This document shows, piece by piece, positions 1 through 9,260 of a stretch of DNA of 48,244 bases (positions are counted from its first letter, which is position 1; every line of letters begins with the position of its first letter). The notes below the pieces were generated by a model. That model made no database searches and was not told the DNA's origin. It worked only from the letters and a program-made list of their open reading frames with translations. Source of the stretch: a virus (taxonomy: Duplodnaviria; Caudoviricetes); the IMG/VR virus record IMGVR_UViG_3300035532_000094, positions 1-48,244 of that record, one strand, 5' to 3'. The translations under genes and the position numbers were made by a program.

Positions 1-306
1 ATCAGGAAGAAGGCCTCCCTGCAGGAGTTGCTGGAAAGAGCCATGCGAGATGATGAGGAGATCATCAAGGTCGAGAGCAAGATCAGCGACCCGCGCAAGC
101 TCATCCTTGAGACAGCGCAGACACTGAACAAGCAACTTGAAACCCTTGCAAAAATTGCAGGCGTTGTGCAAGAGGTTACCAACGTTGATGTGAACGTCAG
201 CGTAAATACACAGCTGGTAGGAAATATCGTACAGGTGATCCAGAGAGAGGTGGACGATCCTGAGGTTGTGCAGCGCATCGTGGAGGGAATCAGCCATGAC
301 GCGTGA
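1..306 (+). CDS. 5'-truncated protein upstream of terminase; terminase small subunit-like (C-terminal part)
   Basis: Frame open from base 1; helical segment then VTNVDVNVSVN strand; overlaps the terminase ATPase start; call is mainly positional. Confidence 0.5.
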   Translation: MRKKASLQELLERAMRDDEEIIKVESKISDPRKLILETAQTLNKQLETLAKIAGVVQEVTNVDVNVSVNTQLVGNIVQVIQREVDDPEVVQRIVEGISHDA

Positions 307-1234
307 GGAATCCAAGCGGTTTGTGACACAGCAAACAATTTACGGTCTATCCAGGAGCCATTACATCAATTCTTTGGCCCCAATGCTTGAGATAACACCC
401 TTCGATTGGCAGGCACAGGTACTGAAGAGCCAACACAAGCGCAAGCTCATAAATGGGAGCAGGCAGAGCGGTAAATCAACCATCGTATCATCTGTACCTT
501 GCCATACAGCAAAATACTATCCAAAAAGTCTTTCCATAATCCTGGCACCAACAGAGGCTCAGGCAATCGAGGACATACTGAAGGTCAAGGAATTTATTGC
601 ATCAGACCCCAGCTACCCTGAGATCAAGCGTGACAGTCAAAACGAGATAGCTCTTGCAAACAAGAGCCGCATCCTGGTGATCCCTGCAACCGAGCGTAGC
701 GCACGTGGCTACTCAAGACCTAGGACCATCGTCCTGGACGAGGCAAGCCGTATCCCCGATGTGGTCTACAAGAGCGGTGTACGCCCCATGCTCACAGACA
801 ACCCAGAAGCTGAACTTTTTGCCATCTCAACACCGAATGGCAAGCAAGGGTTTTTCTATGAGTCATACAACTCCTCAGAGCGCTGGGAACGCTACGAGAT
901 ACGAAGCCCATGGCAGATCAACCCAAGAGACAACTGGCACCTGATCGAATACATGGACGAGGACCAGTACAAGGCTATGATGGACGAACGTGGAATTCTA
1001 GCTTGGTATTCTCCGAGGCATTTCAGCTTGGAGGAACAGCAGGAGAACCTGGAGGCAATGGGAATGCAGCAGTACCAGCAGGAGTACTGCTGTGAATTCG
1101 TCGAGCAGGAGGACATGGTATTCAGCTATGACGAGATCGAGAAGGCTTTCGGCCAGACATGCGAAGGCTTGGGTATGCCTGATTTCGACAACATACCTTC
1201 AGTGATAAATACACTTCAGGCGATGAATATATGA
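296..1234 (+). CDS. terL: Terminase large subunit, ATPase domain only (split TerL, part 1)
   Basis: Walker A GSRQSGKS, Walker B IVLDEA, motif III ISTPNG, QEYCCEF near the end; RBS GGAGGG before ATG 296. Confidence 0.9.
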   Translation: MTREESKRFVTQQTIYGLSRSHYINSLAPMLEITPFDWQAQVLKSQHKRKLINGSRQSGKSTIVSSVPCHTAKYYPKSLSIILAPTEAQAIEDILKVKEFIASDPSYPEIKRDSQNEIALANKSRILVIPATERSARGYSRPRTIVLDEASRIPDVVYKSGVRPMLTDNPEAELFAISTPNGKQGFFYESYNSSERWERYEIRSPWQINPRDNWHLIEYMDEDQYKAMMDERGILAWYSPRHFSLEEQQENLEAMGMQQYQQEYCCEFVEQEDMVFSYDEIEKAFGQTCEGLGMPDFDNIPSVINTLQAMNI

Positions 1235-2016
1235 GCACGTCATCATCCATACCGAGAGACCTGCTCACCACCAGCAAGGAATACATCTGTGCAGTTGATA
1301 TAGCCAAAAAACGGGATTATACAACAATCCAGATATACAGAGATTCACCTGACGTAAAACGATTTCCCACAGAGAGCGCCAGGGATCCTTTGGTGGTCAA
1401 CTACCTGGACCTTGTCTATCAGGCAAAAATGCAAGCTGTTCGGTATACGGACCAAGTGAGGCGTATAAAGGACCTGTTGGACCGCATTGACCTGCTCAGG
1501 AACACACAACTGCTGGTTGATGGGACCGGTGTCGGTGAGCCTATCGTTGACATGATGAGAGAAAATGGTCTCATGCCATTCCCAATCGTTTTTACCGGCG
1601 GTACCGAGGCACGTCCTGTCTATTCAGAGTTTGGGAAGGTTTTTGGTGGATCCTCATCTTTCGGAAGGTTTATGGGCACACAGGTCCTGAAGGAGATGCA
1701 CGTTCCCAAGGAAGACCTTGTACATGCAGGTATGATCATAATGCAGCAGGGACGCATGAGATTGGCTGAGAACCTACAGCATGTAGAAGATTTCAAGCTT
1801 CAGCTCTCCCGATTCAAGGGCGCCGTCAACGACAAGACCGGCCGCAAGAGCTACAACAACGAGACAGACGACATCCATGATGACTTTGTTGTCACATATC
1901 TCATGGCATCGTGGTGGATAACCTACAGAAGGGTCACAGAGAAGGAACGTGTCATACATACAGACGATACAGCGGATTGGAATCCGTACGACGTCCTGGA
2001 AGGGGGATACAGATAA
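1231..2016 (+). CDS. terL: Terminase large subunit, RNase H-like nuclease domain (split TerL, part 2)
   Basis: AVDIAKKRDYT, LLVDGTGVGEPIVD and HDDFV motifs of terminase nuclease domains; ATGA overlap with the ATPase gene. Confidence 0.85.
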   Translation: MSTSSSIPRDLLTTSKEYICAVDIAKKRDYTTIQIYRDSPDVKRFPTESARDPLVVNYLDLVYQAKMQAVRYTDQVRRIKDLLDRIDLLRNTQLLVDGTGVGEPIVDMMRENGLMPFPIVFTGGTEARPVYSEFGKVFGGSSSFGRFMGTQVLKEMHVPKEDLVHAGMIIMQQGRMRLAENLQHVEDFKLQLSRFKGAVNDKTGRKSYNNETDDIHDDFVVTYLMASWWITYRRVTEKERVIHTDDTADWNPYDVLEGGYR

Positions 2017-3672
2017 ATGACAGTAACAGCCAAGCAGATGGAGCGCATCGAGCGCCTGAGAAAACAGCTGGAAAGCTACAGGGGAATTTTCGAACCACAG
2101 TGGGCGGATATCATCAGATACCTGGCACCGAGCTACTCATCCGTCAAGCTGGGAAAGCCCGGCAGCGAGAAAGCGCCTGACTACAGGATCATCTACGATA
2201 CCACAGCAACAGAGGCAAGCAACCTCATGGCAGACGGTCTGCAGGGTTATGCTTTCGGCCGTAACGTTGCCTGGTTCCGCCTGCGCTTCGAGGACAAGGC
2301 ACTTAAGGACAACTCTATAGCCAAGGAATGGCTGCAGGAGACCGAGCATATCCTTGACCAGCAACTGGGCAAGAGCAACTTCTACGATGAGAGCCGGGCT
2401 TTCATCAGATGTTGCGCTGACTTTGGTACTGCAGTGATGACCATCGAGCGTGACGACGTGGAGAACATCCCTGTCTTTCGCAATCTGCATCCTGGCTCGT
2501 ACGTGATCGAGGAGGACAGGCACCGCAATGTGGGGACGCTGATCAGGTCCTTCTGGCTGAACAAGGACGATGCCATAGAGAAATTCGGGGAAGAGAACCT
2601 CCCTAAGACCATCACCCAGAACAAGGACGATGATATCTCCGTCTATGAGTTCTTCCAGTACATTGCCAGGGACACACGCATCAAGACAGATATCCCAGGT
2701 GAAGGCAAATGGGTCTCGATTTATTGGGCTGCAGCAGACACACAAAAACCGGTCAAGGAAGAACGCATCGACGAAAAGCCTTTCTTCACGTGGCGATGGG
2801 CAAGCAGTCCTGCAGGATCACCATGGGGAGTGGACAATCCAGGAAGCGTGCACATACCGAACATCAAGATGCTGCAGATCATGTCTGATGACCAACTCCG
2901 CGTATCACAGTTGCAGGGACGTCCCCCGATCAAGAAGACCGAGGGACTGAAGGTCAACTTCACCCCACATGGCATGACCGAACTAACTCCTGGTGCTGAC
3001 TTTGCTCCAGTACAGATCGTAGGGGATATGTCGTGGACGCAGGCAATCAAGATGGAGATACGCACATCCATCAAGAATGGATACCATACAGATTTCTTCA
3101 TGGCACTGATGAACCTTCAGGACAAGACCAAGACCGCAACAGAGGTACAGGCTCTTGTGGATGAGAAAAGCGCAATCATGAGCAGTTTTGTCTCAAGACT
3201 GAGTCACGAATTCATCGAGCCGGTGCTTGAGGCGGTCTACCAGCAGGAAATGGACAGCCAGAACCTATCCCCTGCCCCAGCCGGTTTAGAGAGTGGGCAG
3301 CTCAAGATCGACTTTGTGAGCCCATTGGCAATGCTTCAGAAGCGTGGCAGATCGCTGAACACCACCAAGCAATTCCTAGCGGAAATCCTTGCAATCGCAG
3401 AGGTATCACCCAGTGTCCTGGACAAGCTGGACATGGATGCATACATCGAGATAGCAGCAGATGGCTACGACGTCAACGAGACCGTGGTCAAGAGTGCAGA
3501 GGAGGTAAAGAAAATCCGTGATGCAAGAGCACAGATGCAGATGCAGCAGATGCAGTTCCAACAACAGATCGAGGCAGCCAAGGCTGGGGCACAGACCTAT
3601 GGCGCTACGAGCAAGGCACCGGAAAAGGGAAGCCCGGCAGAGGCAACAACCAGTGGAGGTACTAGAAGATGA
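2017..3672 (+). CDS. Portal (head-tail connector) protein, T7/BPP-1 type
   Basis: 551 aa; IYDTTA, WFRL, SNFY, FGTA, TATEV and IDFVSPLA motifs; follows terminase. Confidence 0.9.
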   Translation: MTVTAKQMERIERLRKQLESYRGIFEPQWADIIRYLAPSYSSVKLGKPGSEKAPDYRIIYDTTATEASNLMADGLQGYAFGRNVAWFRLRFEDKALKDNSIAKEWLQETEHILDQQLGKSNFYDESRAFIRCCADFGTAVMTIERDDVENIPVFRNLHPGSYVIEEDRHRNVGTLIRSFWLNKDDAIEKFGEENLPKTITQNKDDDISVYEFFQYIARDTRIKTDIPGEGKWVSIYWAAADTQKPVKEERIDEKPFFTWRWASSPAGSPWGVDNPGSVHIPNIKMLQIMSDDQLRVSQLQGRPPIKKTEGLKVNFTPHGMTELTPGADFAPVQIVGDMSWTQAIKMEIRTSIKNGYHTDFFMALMNLQDKTKTATEVQALVDEKSAIMSSFVSRLSHEFIEPVLEAVYQQEMDSQNLSPAPAGLESGQLKIDFVSPLAMLQKRGRSLNTTKQFLAEILAIAEVSPSVLDKLDMDAYIEIAADGYDVNETVVKSAEEVKKIRDARAQMQMQQMQFQQQIEAAKAGAQTYGATSKAPEKGSPAEATTSGGTRR

Positions 3673-3935
3673 CAACCAAGGAACGACAGGCATGGAGGAA
3701 TACCTTCAGCTCCACTGACGGCAGGGCTGTATTGATGGACATCCTCAACCAGCTGGGTTTCTTTGCAGATGACCCAGCAGTGATGGACCCGAAGCTCATA
3801 GCCCATGCCAACTGGATGCTGGGCCGGCTTGGTGCCAGGACATTCAACAACCTTGCAGCCTACACAAATGCAATCATCGATTGCGGTGGGCTGCAGGATA
3901 CAAACGACAACGAAGAAGGAGATGGACGGATATGA
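3669..3935 (+). CDS. Small head-module protein (Bbp19-like)
   Basis: TFSSTDGRAVLMDIL pattern typical of the small gene between portal and scaffold. Confidence 0.6.
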   Translation: MTTKERQAWRNTFSSTDGRAVLMDILNQLGFFADDPAVMDPKLIAHANWMLGRLGARTFNNLAAYTNAIIDCGGLQDTNDNEEGDGRI

Positions 3936-4852
3936 ATGAACTACTCAGGCGTCTGATGATGATCATGATGGCCCCGGACGGTGGAGCTGATGAAGGAGGC
4001 ACCCCCTCCACAGAAGGCAATCCTGCTCCTGCAGGGGATACAACACCTGCGGACCCTACCGGAACACCACCGAGTGGGTCAGAAGGCAGTGAAGGAGCTC
4101 CAGCGGGCGATGCAAAGCCGAATGAAGGCACCAAGCCGGAGCTTCCCAAGTATGCTTCCCAGCTCTCCCCTGAGAAGCGTGAGAGCGATGACTACCAGAA
4201 ATACGTCTACAAGCACCAGAAGCTGGACGATATTGCCGACAACTATGTTGAGCTCTCCAAGAAGCTGGAGCGCTCCCTGCAGGTCCCCGGAAAGGATGCA
4301 GACGAGAAGGATATCAAGGCGTTCCTTTCCAAGCTGGGAGTTCCAGAGAAGGCTGAGGAATACGACCTTGAGGTCAAGGGAATCGACCCGGATGCACTGC
4401 CAAAGGATATGGCTGACCGCTTCCGCAAGGACTTCCATGATGCAGGGCTCACCAAGACACAGGCACAGAAGATGTACCACGTGCTTGCCAGGAACTACCT
4501 ACAGGGCATGGCTGCAATCCAGAACCAGCAGAAGCAGGCAGCGCAGACCTTCGATGCACGCCTTGCTGCAACACTGGACAAGATTTACGAGGTGAAGAGT
4601 GAGCGTGATGCAGCCATGAAGGAGTCCGCAAACCTCTTCAAGCAACACATGCAGAGAACCGGCCTTGGTAAGCTATACAAGGATTCAGGGCTGATCTACA
4701 ACACGGACTTTGTGCTTAAGATCGCTGCAGAGGAAAAGGCACGTGGTGGAAAATCCCTCGTGCACGGGACACCGAACGGAAAAGGTGAAGAGTCAAAAGG
4801 CGCATTTGGGACTAGCTACAGTGATGAGTTCCAGAAAGCCTACGGGAAATAG
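3932..4852 (+). CDS. Capsid scaffolding/assembly protein
   Basis: Low-complexity P/G/E-rich N-terminus; LGVPEKAEEY and FHDAGLTKTQAQ motifs; between portal and capsid; start moved to ATG 3932 (ATGA overlap). Confidence 0.75.
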   Translation: MNELLRRLMMIMMAPDGGADEGGTPSTEGNPAPAGDTTPADPTGTPPSGSEGSEGAPAGDAKPNEGTKPELPKYASQLSPEKRESDDYQKYVYKHQKLDDIADNYVELSKKLERSLQVPGKDADEKDIKAFLSKLGVPEKAEEYDLEVKGIDPDALPKDMADRFRKDFHDAGLTKTQAQKMYHVLARNYLQGMAAIQNQQKQAAQTFDARLAATLDKIYEVKSERDAAMKESANLFKQHMQRTGLGKLYKDSGLIYNTDFVLKIAAEEKARGGKSLVHGTPNGKGEESKGAFGTSYSDEFQKAYGK

Positions 4853-4863
4853 GAGAAAATACA

Positions 4864-5049
4864 ATGGGAATACTTGACGACATCCTGGCAGGTATAGAAG
4901 AACCTGAGGACACCAAGAAGAAGCAACAGGATCCAGCAGAACAAAACACTGATCCCAAGGAGCCTGAAACCACTGAGAGCAATGGCACTCCCTGGTACTC
5001 GGACGAGTTCAGGAAAGCATACAAGATTAATGATCAGGTGAAAGCGTAA
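4864..5049 (+). CDS. 61-aa acidic protein sharing the scaffold C-terminal motif YSDEFxKAY
   Basis: RBS AGGAG; WYSDEFRKAY versus scaffold SYSDEFQKAY. Confidence 0.7.
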   Translation: MGILDDILAGIEEPEDTKKKQQDPAEQNTDPKEPETTESNGTPWYSDEFRKAYKINDQVKA

Positions 5050-5215
5050 CGCGCTTGGTTGCATTGCTCTCCAATGGGGCGTGATAATCGGATAAAGGCA
5101 GCAACGGGACTTACTTTACAGCCAAGGTGTACCGAGTAGGGAACCATAAGGCTTGGCGGTGAGGGAACGGAGGCCGGCTACAAACAAAACATAAAATGTC
5201 AGAGAGGTATCAGAC

Positions 5216-6175
5216 ATGTCAAAGATCGTTAGCACACAGGCGATGAACATCGTCGAGGCAAGCAAGAGAGAAGGCTATACCGACAAGGCGTCGTTCCTGA
5301 CCCAGCTTGCCAAGAAATACGACTTGCTTCAGGTAGCACCCTGGTTCCCATCCAGTGATGGTGCTTTTCACAAGTACACACAGGCCGTACGGCTTGGAAA
5401 TGGCGGATTTGTAAAGGCCAACGGGCCGGTGCCGTCCATCTCATCCAGTGCGGATACCTTCATCGAGGCAATCGCATCCTACCAGGCAGACAGCAGGGTC
5501 GACGACAGCATCCTGAAGACTGCCAAGGAGCCCGGCAAGGTCCGAGACTCTGAGGATGTGGCCAACCTTGAGGGTGTCATGAAGAACTGGATGTATGAGC
5601 TTTTCTACGGGACAAACTCCATCGAGGGTTTCAAGGGCTTTGCAGAGCGCAGGGCTGCCTTGGACGAGCAGTACACTTTCGACAATGGTGGAAGTGGCTC
5701 AGACCTTACCAGCATCTGGCTCATGGAGCTTGGGGAGAGAGGTTTCAACTTCCGTTATCCCAGTGGCGCTCAGCCAGGCATCTCAAGCGACGACAGGGGC
5801 AGGCGCCTTGTGCGCACGCTTGCAGACGATGGTGATTTCTGGGCTTGGATACGACACTACGAGATCTATGCAGGCATGGAAATCAAGAACCCGAAGGCTC
5901 TTCTCCGTCTTGCAAACATCGAGAGCGGAGGTTCCTCCATCGCACATGCAAAATTCATCAAGATGAAGAACCAGTTGCCGAACGTCGGACGTGACGCAGT
6001 TGGATTCGGGAACAGGACAGCACACGCAATCGTCGAGACCATGGCCTACGACAAGAGCAATGCAGCCTATTCCCTCCAGGACATCGAGGGCTTCGGTCCA
6101 GTGGTTCGTCTTGTAGGGATCCCAATCATGATGATTGAAACCATCCTCGACACCGAAAGCGCGCTTACCGCGTAA
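5216..6175 (+). CDS. Major capsid protein (BPP-1/HK97-fold type)
   Basis: 319 aa; GSGSDLTSIWL, RLANI and GIPI...ETILDTE motifs; position after scaffold. Confidence 0.88.
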   Translation: MSKIVSTQAMNIVEASKREGYTDKASFLTQLAKKYDLLQVAPWFPSSDGAFHKYTQAVRLGNGGFVKANGPVPSISSSADTFIEAIASYQADSRVDDSILKTAKEPGKVRDSEDVANLEGVMKNWMYELFYGTNSIEGFKGFAERRAALDEQYTFDNGGSGSDLTSIWLMELGERGFNFRYPSGAQPGISSDDRGRRLVRTLADDGDFWAWIRHYEIYAGMEIKNPKALLRLANIESGGSSIAHAKFIKMKNQLPNVGRDAVGFGNRTAHAIVETMAYDKSNAAYSLQDIEGFGPVVRLVGIPIMMIETILDTESALTA

Positions 6176-6188
6176 GAAGGAGCAATAC

Positions 6189-6569
6189 ATGCGAGATAAA
6201 TTATTGATGTTCGGGGCCCTGAGCCTCGCAACCAAGGACACACCAGTATACTCTGCTGATTATCTGGACATGGGAGAGCCGGCAACCCATAACACAGGCA
6301 ATGATGGGAACATCGACATTGTGTTCCAGCCTGCTGCAGATTTCGTTGTAGCAGACAGCATGACACCGTTCCTGCAGGACAGTGCAGACGGTTTATCCTG
6401 GGCTACCATTGCCACCGGCAAACTTACCGCAAAACCCTCGGCACTCACACAGATAACCATGCCGATGCCTTCATCGCATCGCAGGTATCTGAGAGCTGGG
6501 GCAACACCAGCGAGCACTGGGGTATTCACTGCAACCACAGTGAATGCATGGATTGAGCTCGGTAAGTGA
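6189..6569 (+). CDS. Capsid cement/decoration protein (Bbp16-like)
   Basis: MRDKLLMF start, LQDSADG..W, RRYLR motifs; RBS AAGGAG before ATG 6189; directly after capsid. Confidence 0.75.
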   Translation: MRDKLLMFGALSLATKDTPVYSADYLDMGEPATHNTGNDGNIDIVFQPAADFVVADSMTPFLQDSADGLSWATIATGKLTAKPSALTQITMPMPSSHRRYLRAGATPASTGVFTATTVNAWIELGK

Positions 6570-6602
6570 GATGTAGCCGGATTTGACCTCCTATAACTGT
6601 TT

Positions 6603-6636
6603 TGGCGGCGGCTTGTGGTTCGCCCGGCCGCCGCCA
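6603..6636 (+). terminator. GC-rich stem-loop after capsid/cement genes (terminator or mRNA stabiliser)
   Basis: Perfect 10-bp inverted repeat TGGCGGCGGC / GCCGCCGCCA enclosing GG-TTCG-CC; weak U tail. Confidence 0.55.
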
Positions 6637-6665
6637 TCTTACTACCGAACAAGGAGAACGTACGA

Positions 6666-6869
6666 ATGAAAATTAGATGCAAGACCAGTTGTTTCCAGTC
6701 ATCAAGACTCAGACGCTTCGACGAGGGAAAGGTGTACGACCTTGACCAGAAGGACATGAAACAGCTTCATGAAGACGAAATTTCCAAGTATTTCACGACA
6801 GAGGACGGAAAGGACCTTGTGAAAGGTCCATCCCCTTCAACAACAACGACCGCAAAGAAGGATAAATAG
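6666..6869 (+). CDS. Small hypothetical virion-module protein
   Basis: RBS AAGGAG before ATG 6666; 67 aa. Confidence 0.6.
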   Translation: MKIRCKTSCFQSSRLRRFDEGKVYDLDQKDMKQLHEDEISKYFTTEDGKDLVKGPSPSTTTTAKKDK

Positions 6870-6871
6870 CT

Positions 6872-7441
6872 ATGGCAGCGATCAGCTATGATGTGCAATG
6901 GGTGGACATCGTGAACCGAGCCCTTACCAGGGTTGGACTCACGCAGATCAGCAACCTTGATGAAGGGTCATCAGGTGCCAATTATGGCTCACAGTTGCTC
7001 CCCCAGGCAATCGAGACCGTCTACTCCGCATACCATTGGCGGGACGCAACCAAATACGTACAGCTTGTACCACTTGCTGAGTCTCCTGCCTATGGATACA
7101 CATACCAGTACCCACTTCCTGAGGACTTTGCGCAGATCAAGAGTGTGGAAGTCTCGGAAGCCTACGAATACATGGACAAAAAAATCCTCACCAATGCAAC
7201 AGAGGTATTCGTCTCATATGTGGCGCTCCCAAAGCTCCCCAGCGACATGACACCGCTACTGAGCAACATGGTGGTAAGACAGCTTGCCTATCTCATCAGC
7301 ATCCCGATGGTCAAGAACGATGCAATAAGCAACAGGATCTACAGCGAGTTCCAGCAACTCCATGCAATGGCCATGACAAGGGAAGGAATTGCACAGCATG
7401 AGGAAGGCAACGCGATAGGATGGTACGACGAGAGCCGTTGA
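6872..7441 (+). CDS. Tail tubular protein A / head-tail adaptor
   Basis: DIVNRALTRVG N-terminus, YQYPLPEDF motif, size and position typical of T7 gp11-like adaptors. Confidence 0.75.
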   Translation: MAAISYDVQWVDIVNRALTRVGLTQISNLDEGSSGANYGSQLLPQAIETVYSAYHWRDATKYVQLVPLAESPAYGYTYQYPLPEDFAQIKSVEVSEAYEYMDKKILTNATEVFVSYVALPKLPSDMTPLLSNMVVRQLAYLISIPMVKNDAISNRIYSEFQQLHAMAMTREGIAQHEEGNAIGWYDESR

Positions 7442-7471
7442 CCGTCCTGTTTGACATAGGAGAGGAGCATC

Positions 7472-9259
7472 GTGGCAGACTACTCTGTTTTACAGAACAA
7501 TTTCATAAGCGGGGAGATTGACCCAATGCTTGAGGGCCGGCTGGACAGTGTGAAGTACCAGACCGGCCTCAGATTGTGTCAGAATGTACTGCCTACAATC
7601 TATGGTGCCCTGGTAAAGCGACCAGGCACACGATACCTGGCAAGCATAGGCTCACTCATCACAAAGGCCCGCATCGTGCTTTTCGATGGTGGTGACAACA
7701 GGTACATCGTGGAATTCACCAACAACAAGCTACGCTTCTTTGCCATGGATGGATCGCTGGTACTGCACTTAGGGGCCACCTATGAGATTGCAACAACATA
7801 CACCGATGTACAGCTTGACGAGCTCTCCTGCGTAATGAACAAGGGAGTGCTTTATATCGTGCATCCATCCCACAAGCCGGCCAAGCTGGAAAAGACTTCC
7901 ACTCCCCCATTCACCCTGACTGAGCTCACCTTCACCGGTGGTATGACCTTCTCTGCAGCAGGTGATTATCCATCCACACAGGCCTTCAAGGGTGGACGGT
8001 GGTATCTTGCAGGCACAACGAACAACCCGAACACCATCTATGCATCCAGGAGCCCTGACGAGACCGGGGACCGTTTTCTCAACTTCACCTTCAGTGAGCT
8101 CATCGACAGTGTTGAGACGGTGCTGCCAGACCATGCATTTTTCCTGCAGGAGACTGATATGCACGGTTCCAGGATAAACTGGATGATAAACCAGAAGCGC
8201 ATCATCGTAGGGGCAGGAAGGTCCATCTGGATGGACAGCGGGGAAATGGCAACGCCATCCACATTCGACATGAGCGTCACCCTCAACACAGGAGCCAGCA
8301 AGGTACGCCCACAAGCATACCAGGGCTTTGTGATTTACGCAGGAACCGGTGGGAAAACACTGAACATCATCCAGTACAGCCAGGACAGCGGTGGTTATGT
8401 GGGGACCGAGCTCAGCATGACTGCAAGGCATCTGCTCACTGCAGGCATCAAGGAATTCGTGGTTACCGAGACGCAGATAGGGGCAGTCATATGGGTGTTG
8501 CTGGAAAACGGATCCCTGCTCTCCTGTTCGCTGGACATAGGCAACAGCGTCATAGGCTGGGCACGCCACCCGCTTGGATACGGACAGGACCAGAACGAGA
8601 TGGTTGTGCAGAGCATTGATGTGGTCCCAGGATCGGAGGATGAATACGACAAGCTGCTTCTGGTGGTGAAACGCTCAGGAGCGCTTTTCCTGGAATCACT
8701 GTCCATATCAATCCCAGATACGCTCCTGCAGGACTCTGCATCCCCTGCATACATAGACTGCCACAGCTACCACTACAATGCATCTGGGACCGACAGCTTG
8801 AATGTGCCATACCTTGGAGGGGAAACGGTTGACGCAATCGCTGACCAGGCAGTCCTTCCTGTACGAGTGGTATCCCCCTCAGGGGATGTCACCTATGACC
8901 GCACTTTCATGAGGTTGAACATCGGTTTCCCCATTGAGGCAAAGGTCACCATCCTGCGACCGGAGCTTCCTTCGAATGGGACCAGCATCGGTAAGAGACG
9001 GCAGTATCTCAGCGTTGCGCTCCGTATCCACAAGACGCTTGGGGGAAAGCTGCAGATCGAGGGAAGGACCATACCGATTCTCTCCCTAACTCCAGGGGAA
9101 TACGAATATGGGACCACGTTGGAACTTGTGACAGGTGATATCAAGGCTGAGGTCAGTTCATCGGTTGACTATGAGGGTTCGGTCACTTTGGTGAGTGAGG
9201 AGCCGCTGCCTTTCAACCTCCTTGCAATCATCACGAAATACGGTTTGGTGGAGGTGTAG
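7472..9259 (+). CDS. Tail tubular protein B / nozzle
   Basis: NNFISGEIDP, GALVKRPGTRY, GWARH motifs; 595 aa; GTG start with RBS. Confidence 0.8.
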   Translation: MADYSVLQNNFISGEIDPMLEGRLDSVKYQTGLRLCQNVLPTIYGALVKRPGTRYLASIGSLITKARIVLFDGGDNRYIVEFTNNKLRFFAMDGSLVLHLGATYEIATTYTDVQLDELSCVMNKGVLYIVHPSHKPAKLEKTSTPPFTLTELTFTGGMTFSAAGDYPSTQAFKGGRWYLAGTTNNPNTIYASRSPDETGDRFLNFTFSELIDSVETVLPDHAFFLQETDMHGSRINWMINQKRIIVGAGRSIWMDSGEMATPSTFDMSVTLNTGASKVRPQAYQGFVIYAGTGGKTLNIIQYSQDSGGYVGTELSMTARHLLTAGIKEFVVTETQIGAVIWVLLENGSLLSCSLDIGNSVIGWARHPLGYGQDQNEMVVQSIDVVPGSEDEYDKLLLVVKRSGALFLESLSISIPDTLLQDSASPAYIDCHSYHYNASGTDSLNVPYLGGETVDAIADQAVLPVRVVSPSGDVTYDRTFMRLNIGFPIEAKVTILRPELPSNGTSIGKRRQYLSVALRIHKTLGGKLQIEGRTIPILSLTPGEYEYGTTLELVTGDIKAEVSSSVDYEGSVTLVSEEPLPFNLLAIITKYGLVEV

Positions 9260-9260
9260 C

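Noticed and set aside
8919-8930. ACATCGGTTTCC matches the VR 3' end; possible DGR template repeat
   Set aside because: Only 12 bp, inside the tail nozzle gene, and the flanks do not align with the VR
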